DNA of 37,582 bases from the NCBI GenBank assembly GCA_964624805.1, contig CAZUYM010000001.1, positions 1 to 37,582 on the forward strand, read 5' to 3'. The notes under the pieces are model-generated. The model had not been told where the DNA came from. It saw nothing but the letters and a program-made list of their open reading frames with translations, and did not search any database. Origin of the DNA: an uncultured Planctomycetia bacterium (GTDB lineage Bacteria > Omnitrophota > Gorgyraeia > Tantalellales > Tantalellaceae). The translations under genes were made by a program, and so were the position numbers. Numbering within the stretch: position 1 is the first letter of the stretch; every line of letters starts with the position of its first letter. Below are positions 24,608 to 32,281 of the stretch, piece after piece.

Positions 24608-25586
24608 AAGTTCCCCCCTTCGCGACAGGGAAGAAGCGTTCAGGTCGAGGCGGAGAATAGAGAAGGCTTGTCTCGATGTAGGAGTCAGCGCGCGAGCGCT
24701 GTTTACCTGCAACAGGACGGAGATCTACGGAGAGGCCGCAGATGATGCCGCGGCTTTGGTCATCACCCGGCGCATATGTGCCGCTTTCCCGGATGTTTTC
24801 GAAAAGGCTTATATCAAGGCAGGCGACAGGGAAGTGTTCCGCCATGCCTTGAGGCTGGCCGCAGGTCTTGAATCACAGTTGATCGGAGAACGAGAGATCC
24901 TGGCGCAGCTTGATGCCTGGAACAGCACAAACGAATCCCCGGACATGTACGGTTTCTGGGCCGGTATACTGGGTATAGCCCGGGGTATTAGGGAACATTC
25001 CGGACTTGAGGGAGTTGTTTCAAATATCGCGGAGCTCATACGGGATGACCTGAGGAAGCGGATCTCTCCGCATGGACCCAGGTCGATAGCTGTCGTGGGC
25101 ACCGGAAAAATAGCGGAACTTTTTGCCGAGAACTCCAGATCTGACGAAGAGATCTTTTTCGTCGCTCGAAAAAGGCATAAAAAAGCAAGACGACTGGCCA
25201 GGAGATCCGGCGCTCAAGCAGTCCTGGTTAGCGATCTCCCGGAGATACTTTCAGTAGTTGACGCCGTCGTAAGCGCTACTTCCAGCCCCCACCGGGTGTT
25301 GAGTGAAAAAGATCTGGCGCATGTGACGGGAAAAAGAAAATCTGATCTTTACATATACGACCTTGCCGTACCCGGAGATGTGGCTCCCGGAGCAGGAGAC
25401 CTGGAGGGGGTAGTTTTGAACAGGCTTGATGGCCTGAAGACGGTTTTTGACGAACATAATGCATCGGCGGGCCGCTGTATCGCAAAAGCGGAAATGTTAG
25501 TTGAGAAGGCTATACTGAGAAGAGAAAGGGAAGAAAAAGAAAATGGAACTAAGAGTAGGGACACGTACCAGTCCGTTAGCGCTTAA
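24576..25586 (+). CDS. hemA: Glutamyl-tRNA reductase (short form)
   Basis: GIDHKSSPLRDRE, catalytic Cys in TCNRTEIY, NADPH loop VVGTGKIAE. 336 aa. Overlaps sirC by 32 nt and hemC by 44 nt. Confidence 0.85.
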   Translation: MIFFCLGIDHKSSPLRDREEAFRSRRRIEKACLDVGVSARALFTCNRTEIYGEAADDAAALVITRRICAAFPDVFEKAYIKAGDREVFRHALRLAAGLESQLIGEREILAQLDAWNSTNESPDMYGFWAGILGIARGIREHSGLEGVVSNIAELIRDDLRKRISPHGPRSIAVVGTGKIAELFAENSRSDEEIFFVARKRHKKARRLARRSGAQAVLVSDLPEILSVVDAVVSATSSPHRVLSEKDLAHVTGKRKSDLYIYDLAVPGDVAPGAGDLEGVVLNRLDGLKTVFDEHNASAGRCIAKAEMLVEKAILRREREEKENGTKSRDTYQSVSA

Positions 25587-26190
25587 GCAGATAGATGAAC
25601 TACGAGAAAAGGTCCCGGGAGTCGTATTCCGGACGGTCGGGATAGAAACAAGGGGAGACAAGGATAAGACGACCCCGCTTGACTCGGTTGAGAACGGCGA
25701 TTTTTTCACGCATGAAATTGAGCAGGCACTTTTGGCCGGCGAGATAGATGTCGCGGTGCACAGCGCGAAAGACCTGGAAGAAAATATACCGGAGGAGCTT
25801 GTAACGGCGGCTGTAACGGCATCGATAAGCAGGTTCGACTGTCTGGTCTCGGGAGGAGGCCAGACATTCTGTACTCTGCCAGGACAAGCGATAGTTGGCA
25901 CCAGCAGCAAGACAAGGAAAGACGGGGTCCTCGGATATCGCAATGACCTTGTCGTCCGGGATATCCGTGGGGATATAGATGAAAGGCTCGAGCTTCTCGA
26001 TGAGGGTGACTATGACGCTGTGATAGTGGCGCAGGCTGCTCTTATGCGCTTGGGGTACTATGAAAGAATGACCGGGGTGATCCCTTTCAGCATAATAGAG
26101 CCTAACCCTTTGCAGGGAAGTTTGGCGGTGCAGGTGCATAGGGAAAGGAAAGATCTCCAAGAAATATTCAGGTTAATAGATGGGAAATAA
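25543..26190 (+). CDS. hemC: Hydroxymethylbilane synthase domains 1-2 only (C-terminal domain 3 absent)
   Basis: LRVGTRTSPLALKQ, VHSAKD, IVGTSS, GDIDERL, YDAVIVAQAAL, QGSLAVQV align along E. coli HemC up to about residue 220. The ORF then stops at 215 aa. Confidence 0.8.
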   Translation: MELRVGTRTSPLALKQIDELREKVPGVVFRTVGIETRGDKDKTTPLDSVENGDFFTHEIEQALLAGEIDVAVHSAKDLEENIPEELVTAAVTASISRFDCLVSGGGQTFCTLPGQAIVGTSSKTRKDGVLGYRNDLVVRDIRGDIDERLELLDEGDYDAVIVAQAALMRLGYYERMTGVIPFSIIEPNPLQGSLAVQVHRERKDLQEIFRLIDGK

Positions 26191-26899
26191 ATCAGGAAAA
26201 GTATATATAGTCGGCGCGGGTCCCGGTGATCCGGAGCTGATAAGTGTTAAAGGCCTGAATGCCTTAAAGGCGGCGGACTGTATTCTTTATGATTTTCTGT
26301 CCGCGCCGGAACTTCTGTCGTACGCGAAAGAAGACGCCGAACAAATATGTGTGGGAAAATCCGACGGGTTACACCTGAAAGAGCAGGATGAGATCAACCG
26401 GCTGTTGTATGAAAAGGCGGATGAACATGAAAAAGTTGTACGGCTCAAAGGGGGTGATCCTTTTGTTTTCAGCAGGGGCGCTGAAGAAGCGGACTTCCTG
26501 GGATCTAAAGGGGTGGACGTAGAGGTCATCCCCGGCATAACTTCGGCGTTCGCGGGGCCGCTCGCCGCCGGCATTCCGCTCACCGTCAAGAACGAGGTGC
26601 AGTCGGTGGCGGTGGTAACGGGGCGAAAAAAAGACCCGGATGCCGAGATAGACGCTCCGAATGCGGGAACGCTTATATATCTTATGGCCGTAGCTAATAT
26701 AGCGAATGTGGTAAAAGCTTTGAGAAAAAGTGGCAGGGGCAATGATGTTCCATGCGCGTTCATCGAAAAAGTTACAAGGCCCGATCAGCGTGTAGTTGTG
26801 GCTACTGTAGGAACAGTAGAGGAAAAGGTAAAAACCGAGGATATAAGACCGCCGGCGGTATTTATTGTCGGAGAAACGGTAAATAAGATAAAGAGATGA
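26180..26899 (+). CDS. cobA: Uroporphyrinogen-III C-methyltransferase (SUMT; CobA/SirA)
   Basis: VYIVGAGPGDPELISVKG, VRLKGGDPFVF, VIPGITS. 239 aa, no fused HemD domain. Confidence 0.9.
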   Translation: MGNKSGKVYIVGAGPGDPELISVKGLNALKAADCILYDFLSAPELLSYAKEDAEQICVGKSDGLHLKEQDEINRLLYEKADEHEKVVRLKGGDPFVFSRGAEEADFLGSKGVDVEVIPGITSAFAGPLAAGIPLTVKNEVQSVAVVTGRKKDPDAEIDAPNAGTLIYLMAVANIANVVKALRKSGRGNDVPCAFIEKVTRPDQRVVVATVGTVEEKVKTEDIRPPAVFIVGETVNKIKR

Positions 26900-27804
26900 A
26901 AGTAGACGTAAAGAAACTTATATATCCGCTTTTTGTAAAAAAAGGCGTCGGTCTTAAGGAAGAGATCCCTCATCTGGAAGGCCTTTACAGGATGTCTCCC
27001 GATGTGTTCCTGGACGAGGTAAAAGAGCTGGAGGGTTTAGGGATAGAGAACATCCTTATATTCGGCATTCCCGAAGCGAAAGATCCTGAAGGAAGCGAAG
27101 CTTACTCGGAAGATAATCCCGTGAGCATAGCTGTAAAACTTTTAAAAGATAATAACATCAACGTTAAGGCCTTCACGGACGTTTGTCTTTGCGCGTATAC
27201 ATCGCATGGGCATTGCGGAATAACAGGGACGGACGGGGTTGAAATTGACAGCGAAAAAACACTGCGTGCCTTAAACCGGGTCGCGCTCCGGCATGCCGAA
27301 GCCGGAGCGGATTACGTAGCGCCGTCGGCCATGGCTAAAGGGCAGGTGGGAGCCATCAGGAAAGCTTTGGATGAGAACGGGTTCAATAAAGTTAAAGTAA
27401 TGGGATATTCCGCGAAGTTCGCCTCGAACGCGTACGGTCCTTTCCGGAACATAGCGGATTCGGCGCCTAGATCCGGCGACAGGTCCGGATATCAGCTTGA
27501 CCATACGGATAGAGAGACGGCTTTTGAAAAGATAAAAGAAGATGCCGCCCAGGGCGCGGATATAGTTATGGTGAAACCTGCTCTGTGGTATCTTGATATT
27601 ATAAAAGAGGCCGGGGCTATTGTTGAACTCCCACTGGCTGTCTACAATGTCAGCGGGGAGTATCACATGATAAGAGAAGGTGCTAAGAAAGAACTCTGGG
27701 ATGAACAAAGAATGGTGGAAGAGATAATGAATTCGTTTGAGAGGGCAGGAGCGGATCTCATAATAACATATCACGCGAAAGACATCGCTAACTGGGCTAA
27801 ATAG
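26896..27804 (+). CDS. hemB: Porphobilinogen synthase (Zn-type)
   Basis: Cys-rich Zn site DVCLCAYTSHGHCG. Schiff-base lysine context VMVKPAL. ATGA overlap with cobA. Confidence 0.9.
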   Translation: MKVDVKKLIYPLFVKKGVGLKEEIPHLEGLYRMSPDVFLDEVKELEGLGIENILIFGIPEAKDPEGSEAYSEDNPVSIAVKLLKDNNINVKAFTDVCLCAYTSHGHCGITGTDGVEIDSEKTLRALNRVALRHAEAGADYVAPSAMAKGQVGAIRKALDENGFNKVKVMGYSAKFASNAYGPFRNIADSAPRSGDRSGYQLDHTDRETAFEKIKEDAAQGADIVMVKPALWYLDIIKEAGAIVELPLAVYNVSGEYHMIREGAKKELWDEQRMVEEIMNSFERAGADLIITYHAKDIANWAK

Positions 27805-27805
27805 A

Positions 27806-29035
27806 ATGAGGGAAAAAATAAAAAAGGCGAAACAGCTTTTAGTAGGGGGAGTAAACAGCCCGGTACGTTCTTTCGGAAACGTCGGGATGGAACCCTTTTT
27901 CGCTGAAAAAGCGAAAGGGTCCAGGATATATGACGAAAAAGGGAAAAGCTATATAGACTATGTCCTTTCTTTCGGAGCTAATATACTGGGGCACGCTCAC
28001 GGTGAAGTGGTTAAAGCCGCGAAAGCTGCCGCTGAAAAAGGCATGAGTTACGGAATGACTACGCATTACGAAGTAGATCTGGCCGGGATAATAGAGGGGG
28101 CAGTTGAAGGCATTGAGAAGATAAGGTTCGTAAATTCCGGGACCGAAGCTGTTATGAGCGCCATACGGCTTGCCCGGGGATACACTTCAAGGGACAAGAT
28201 AGTCAAGTTTACGGATTCATATCACGGACATGCCGATCATCTGCTGGTTAAAGGGGGGTCGGGCCTGGCGACGCTGGGGATCCCCTTTAGCAGCGGAGTT
28301 CCCGCCGATTTTGTAAAACATACACTTTTGACCGGCTATGGCGACAAAAAGAATATAGATAAGATATTCAGAAAATACGGCGACAAAATAGCGGCGGTCA
28401 TTGTTGAGCCCGCGGGGGGCAATTACGGTGTTATCCCGCCGGACGCGGATTTTCTGAAGCACATAAGAAAACTTACTCGCAAATATGGAACGCTACTTAT
28501 CTCTGACGAAGTCATAACGGCTTTCAGGTTCTCCTTCGCCGCGCTGTCGGACGAGCTGGGCATTAAACCGGACTTGTATTGCCTGGGAAAGATCATAGGC
28601 GGAGGGCTCCCCGTGGGCGCTTACGGAGGCAGCAAAAAAATAATGAAATGTCTCGCGCCGGAAGGAAAGGTATATCAGGCTTCGACGTTTGGCGGGAACC
28701 CGGTCGTAATGAATAGCGGCATAGCGGCGCTGAAAGTATTGTCAAAGAACAAAAGCCGTTATAAAGATCTCGAGGAGAGGGTGCGCCAGCTGGCAGACAC
28801 GTTCACAAAAGAATCTAAAGACAACGGACATTCCCTGGAAGTCTCGAGATACGGGTCGATGTTCAGCATTAAGTTCGCCAGAAGAGGGGACTTCGGAAAA
28901 TTTTACAAAAAAATGTTCTCGAACGGGGTGTTGCTCGCGCCTTCAGAATATGAAGCTGATTTTATATCGTTCGCTCATACCGGCGAAGATATAAAGAATA
29001 CCAAAACAGCCATCAGGAAGGCAATGCGTTTTTAA
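27806..29035 (+). CDS. hemL: Glutamate-1-semialdehyde 2,1-aminomutase
   Basis: Class-III aminotransferase pattern. NSGTEA, DEVITAFR, PLP-lysine context LGKIIGGGLP. Confidence 0.9.
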   Translation: MREKIKKAKQLLVGGVNSPVRSFGNVGMEPFFAEKAKGSRIYDEKGKSYIDYVLSFGANILGHAHGEVVKAAKAAAEKGMSYGMTTHYEVDLAGIIEGAVEGIEKIRFVNSGTEAVMSAIRLARGYTSRDKIVKFTDSYHGHADHLLVKGGSGLATLGIPFSSGVPADFVKHTLLTGYGDKKNIDKIFRKYGDKIAAVIVEPAGGNYGVIPPDADFLKHIRKLTRKYGTLLISDEVITAFRFSFAALSDELGIKPDLYCLGKIIGGGLPVGAYGGSKKIMKCLAPEGKVYQASTFGGNPVVMNSGIAALKVLSKNKSRYKDLEERVRQLADTFTKESKDNGHSLEVSRYGSMFSIKFARRGDFGKFYKKMFSNGVLLAPSEYEADFISFAHTGEDIKNTKTAIRKAMRF

Positions 29036-29055
29036 AAGAAGGAACAGGAGGGGAA

Positions 29056-29787
29056 ATGGCAAGCCATGAAATAGATTATGACGCGCTGAAAGAAAGGGGA
29101 TTTCTTCAGGCCCGGGAAAAGGGCCATGTCACGTTAAGGACCAGGTTCCCGGCGGGGAATTGCACAAGTGATGACCTTGAAAAGTTAGGGGATATCGCGA
29201 GAAAATATGCCGGAGGGGCGCTGCATTGTACCGTAAGGCAGGGCATAGAGATACCTAACATAAAACTTGAAGATGTCGACAACGTGGAGAAGGAAATAAT
29301 AGCTTCCGGGATCGATGTGGGGGCCTGCGGCCCCAGACTGAGGGCGATCACATGCTGCCCGGGCAAGAACTGGTGCAAAAGAGGTCTTGTTAGCACGATC
29401 TCACTGTTTGAGAGACTGGAAAACGAACGCGGGATAAAATGCGGCATGCATCTTCCGCATAAGTTCAAGATATCTATTTCCGGGTGTCCGAATACCTGTA
29501 CCCGGGTCCAGGGAACAGAGTTCGGCCTGCACGGCGCGGTTGATGTAAACCATCCCGAGAAACGAGCAGGTTACATCGTATACGTGGGCGGATGCGGAGG
29601 CAAAACTCCGCATGAGGGGATAAAACTCAGCAAGGTCTATACCGAGGATGAGGGTATGGATGTGATCGAGAAAGTAGTGGAATTCTTCAAAAACAACGCT
29701 AAGACCAGACAAAGATTAGCGTTATTGATAGACGAGATGGGGAAAGAAAATTTTCTGAAAGCTATAGGAGAAAAAGAAGCAAATTAG
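29056..29787 (+). CDS. Small siroheme/[4Fe-4S] sulfite reductase (low-molecular-weight assimilatory type)
   Basis: 243 aa. Nitrite/sulfite-reductase ferredoxin-like half-domain, then the coupled cluster motif CCPGKNWC ... GCPNTC (C-x5-C...C-x3-C). AGGAGG SD. Confidence 0.75.
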   Translation: MASHEIDYDALKERGFLQAREKGHVTLRTRFPAGNCTSDDLEKLGDIARKYAGGALHCTVRQGIEIPNIKLEDVDNVEKEIIASGIDVGACGPRLRAITCCPGKNWCKRGLVSTISLFERLENERGIKCGMHLPHKFKISISGCPNTCTRVQGTEFGLHGAVDVNHPEKRAGYIVYVGGCGGKTPHEGIKLSKVYTEDEGMDVIEKVVEFFKNNAKTRQRLALLIDEMGKENFLKAIGEKEAN

Positions 29788-29792
29788 GGAAT

Positions 29793-30461
29793 ATGCCGGT
29801 CATGGAAACTTTTGAAAAAAAAGCCAAAGAGATCAATGATATTTTAGCGGATTTGACGCCGATAGAACGGATAAAATGGGTCGGTAAAAAATTCAAGAGC
29901 GGCATAGTGGCAACGACCAGCGGAGGACGTACATCGCGCGTAATTCCGGCTCTTGTGCAAAAGGCCCTGGGAGGATCGGTGCCGACGATATTCGTCGATA
30001 CCGGACATTATTCCAAAGAGACCTATATTTTCGTGGACAGGATGCAATCAGAAGGCGTTGACATAAGGTATTATCAGGCCAGTATGAGTATAAAAAGAAT
30101 GCAGGCGCTGCACGGGGATCTCTGGCTAAGCAAAGACAAAAAATTCGAAAAGTTTTTAGATATAACCAAGCATGAACCCCTGAACAGGGCGTTCAGGGAA
30201 TTAGGCGCGACCGTGTGGGTCAGGGGAATAATGGGTTTCCAGACTTCCGAACGTTCAAAATCACATATATTCGAATATAAGAACGGCTTGTACAGGCTGC
30301 ATCCAATTATTGACTGGACACATAAACAGGCTCAAAACTATATAGAGGAAAACGGTCTACCTGTCAATCCGCACCACTTTGATATAACGAAAGGTCTCCA
30401 GGGTAAACTTGAGTGTAAGATCGGCGAAAAAGGCGGATTCAAGCAGGGGGAGGGGATCTAG
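29793..30461 (+). CDS. Second CysH-family (PAPS-reductase-like) protein lacking the Fe-S cysteines, with an altered C-terminal motif
   Basis: VATTSGGRTS, IFVDTGHYSKETY, ITKHEPLNRA, LHPIIDWT are collinear with E. coli CysH. No CC or CxxC. The C-terminus reads KLECKIGE instead of ECGLH. Confidence 0.75.
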   Translation: MPVMETFEKKAKEINDILADLTPIERIKWVGKKFKSGIVATTSGGRTSRVIPALVQKALGGSVPTIFVDTGHYSKETYIFVDRMQSEGVDIRYYQASMSIKRMQALHGDLWLSKDKKFEKFLDITKHEPLNRAFRELGATVWVRGIMGFQTSERSKSHIFEYKNGLYRLHPIIDWTHKQAQNYIEENGLPVNPHHFDITKGLQGKLECKIGEKGGFKQGEGI

Positions 30462-30507
30462 TACTTTGCTTGCCGATAGTCGACAGACAACAGTCCACAC
30501 ACCAGAT

Positions 30508-30625
30508 AAAATCCCAATGTCAAAATTCAAATGACAAATGAAATCCAAATGACTAAATCCAAAACATGGCGTTTTTGGATTTTGGATCTAGGAATTCTTT
30601 TGGATTTTGGGTTTTGGATTTTGAG
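30508..30625. repeat. Array of AAATCCAAA / TTTGGATTT nonamers arranged as a large interrupted inverted repeat between convergent genes
   Basis: AAATCCAAA at 30541-30549 and 30555-30563, with degenerate copies at 30508-30517 and 30522-30530. TTTGGATTT at 30574-30582, 30599-30607 and 30613-30621, plus TTTGGAT at 30581-30587. The central 10-bp hairpin is 30555-30564/30573-30582. Confidence 0.8.
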
Positions 30626-30654
30626 TTTATATTCGAACGGATCTTAGGATTTAA

Positions 30655-32259
30655 TTACTTCTTCCACGAGATCGGCGCGAGGGCTATAAGGACTGTGTAG
30701 ATCTCCAGCCTTCCGAGAAGCATGCAGAGGGAGAGGACCCATTTCCCGGAGATCGGGATCCAGGCATAGTTTTCTGTAGCCCCGATACCGGAAAGTCCCG
30801 GACCGATGTTACACATAGTGGCGATGACCGACGTGACGGCAGTAGTAAAATCGCTTATCAGAAAACTCATCACTCCGGAAAAGAACACAAAGCACCCCAG
30901 AAAAAGCGCGATAAATCCCACAATATTAGCCACCTGTTTTTCTTCAATCCCTTTTTCCGCTATCTTGATAGGAGAAATAAGCCGCGGTTGTATCAGGGTC
31001 TTCATCTCACGCCACGCGGTTTTGATACCTACCATGACCCGGATCATTTTCATTCCGCCCCCGGTAGATCCGGCGCAGCCTCCGCAGAACATAAGGATAA
31101 CCAGCATAAACCGGATAAGGTTCGGCCACATGTCGAAATCGGCGGTTGAATAGCCGGTAGTGGTGGTGATGGAGACCACCTGGAAAGCCGCGTAACGCAC
31201 TGTGTCGTGGACCGAATCAAGCTTTTCTTCCTGTTGTATCATCTTTTTAGCTATCATGTTTTCCTGTATAGGCTGGCTGCGGAAACTTCCTTCTATCTGT
31301 TCCTTTGGAGCTATGCCCCGTGTTTGCAGGACAACGGTAGCGATCACGATCGCTAACAGGATAACTCCGGCATAGAACCGGAACTCCCGGTCGGTCTTCA
31401 CAAGACTCCATTTTCTTGCGAAAAGCACCTGGTAATGGATAATGAAGTTCATTCCGGCGAAAAACATGAAGATGATTATGACCCAGTCGATAAAAGCGCT
31501 GTTGTATGCCGCGATAGACGCGTTTTTTGTGGAAAACCCGCCGGTAGCCATGGTCCCGAAAGCGTGGCACAGTGAATCGAAAACGGACATGCCGCCGATA
31601 TTAAGAAGAATGACTTCGGCTAGAGTGAGCAGCGCGTATACACCCCACAAGATCTTGGCGGTCTGGGCGAGACGGGGTTTTAGCCGTTCAGAAGAAGGCC
31701 CCGGCACTTCGCCCCGGAACATCTGGTAACTGGCTATGCCGAAAGCCGGCAGTATTGCCAGAGCCAGAGTTACTATACCCATGCCGCCGAGCCAGTGGGT
31801 CATGCTGCGCCAGAACAATATCCCGCGCGGCAGTACCTCTATATCTGTCAGTATGCTCGCCCCGGTAGTCGTGAATCCGCTCATGATCTCAAAATAGGAG
31901 TCGGTGAACGAGCGGATTACAGTGGTTGCCGTCGTTGCCTCTACTTGCGACATAAAATACACGAAAAGGGGTATCGCGCCGAAAAGGGTAAGGATGATCC
32001 ATCCGAAAGTAACGATAGCGAAGCCTTCGCGTATGCCGGTCCCCTTGAGTTCCTTGCTTCCGACAAGCTTGAGGCAGTTGCCGCAGATGAGAGAGGAAAC
32101 TATCGCGATGATAAAACCAAGGAGCTTGTAATTTAAAAGGACATCAGGAAAGACTTTTGAAGGTATCTCAAAAAAAGCTATCCCCGCCGGTATGAGCAGT
32201 ACCAGGGCGAGTATCTCGAGGAGCTTGCCGATAGAATATGTAATAAAACGTTTATTCAT
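30655..32259 (-). CDS. trkH: TrkH/KtrB-family K+ uptake membrane subunit
   Basis: Four MPM repeats with filter-like TTTGAS, ATGGFS, TTTGYS and NIGPGL segments. 534 aa. Confidence 0.9.
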   Translation of the reverse strand: MNKRFITYSIGKLLEILALVLLIPAGIAFFEIPSKVFPDVLLNYKLLGFIIAIVSSLICGNCLKLVGSKELKGTGIREGFAIVTFGWIILTLFGAIPLFVYFMSQVEATTATTVIRSFTDSYFEIMSGFTTTGASILTDIEVLPRGILFWRSMTHWLGGMGIVTLALAILPAFGIASYQMFRGEVPGPSSERLKPRLAQTAKILWGVYALLTLAEVILLNIGGMSVFDSLCHAFGTMATGGFSTKNASIAAYNSAFIDWVIIIFMFFAGMNFIIHYQVLFARKWSLVKTDREFRFYAGVILLAIVIATVVLQTRGIAPKEQIEGSFRSQPIQENMIAKKMIQQEEKLDSVHDTVRYAAFQVVSITTTTGYSTADFDMWPNLIRFMLVILMFCGGCAGSTGGGMKMIRVMVGIKTAWREMKTLIQPRLISPIKIAEKGIEEKQVANIVGFIALFLGCFVFFSGVMSFLISDFTTAVTSVIATMCNIGPGLSGIGATENYAWIPISGKWVLSLCMLLGRLEIYTVLIALAPISWKK

Positions 32260-32281
32260 GGGGTATTATCCGGGTATAGGA

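Noticed and set aside
25600-26160. 186-aa antisense ORF opposite hemC. Similar in-phase shadows occur at 27271-27774 (hemB), 8226-8735 (porin), 15557-16066 (THUMP methyltransferase) and 32192-32704 (trkA).
   Set aside because: Each is in the codon-aligned antisense frame of a CDS with clear family motifs. None has an SD or any recognisable domain.
26180-26899. Idea that the missing HemC domain 3 or a HemD domain is hidden in or fused to cobA
   Set aside because: cobA begins with its own canonical GAGPGDP N-terminus at residue 13 and ends at 239 aa with an ATGA overlap into hemB. There is no extra domain and no spare reading frame of sufficient length.
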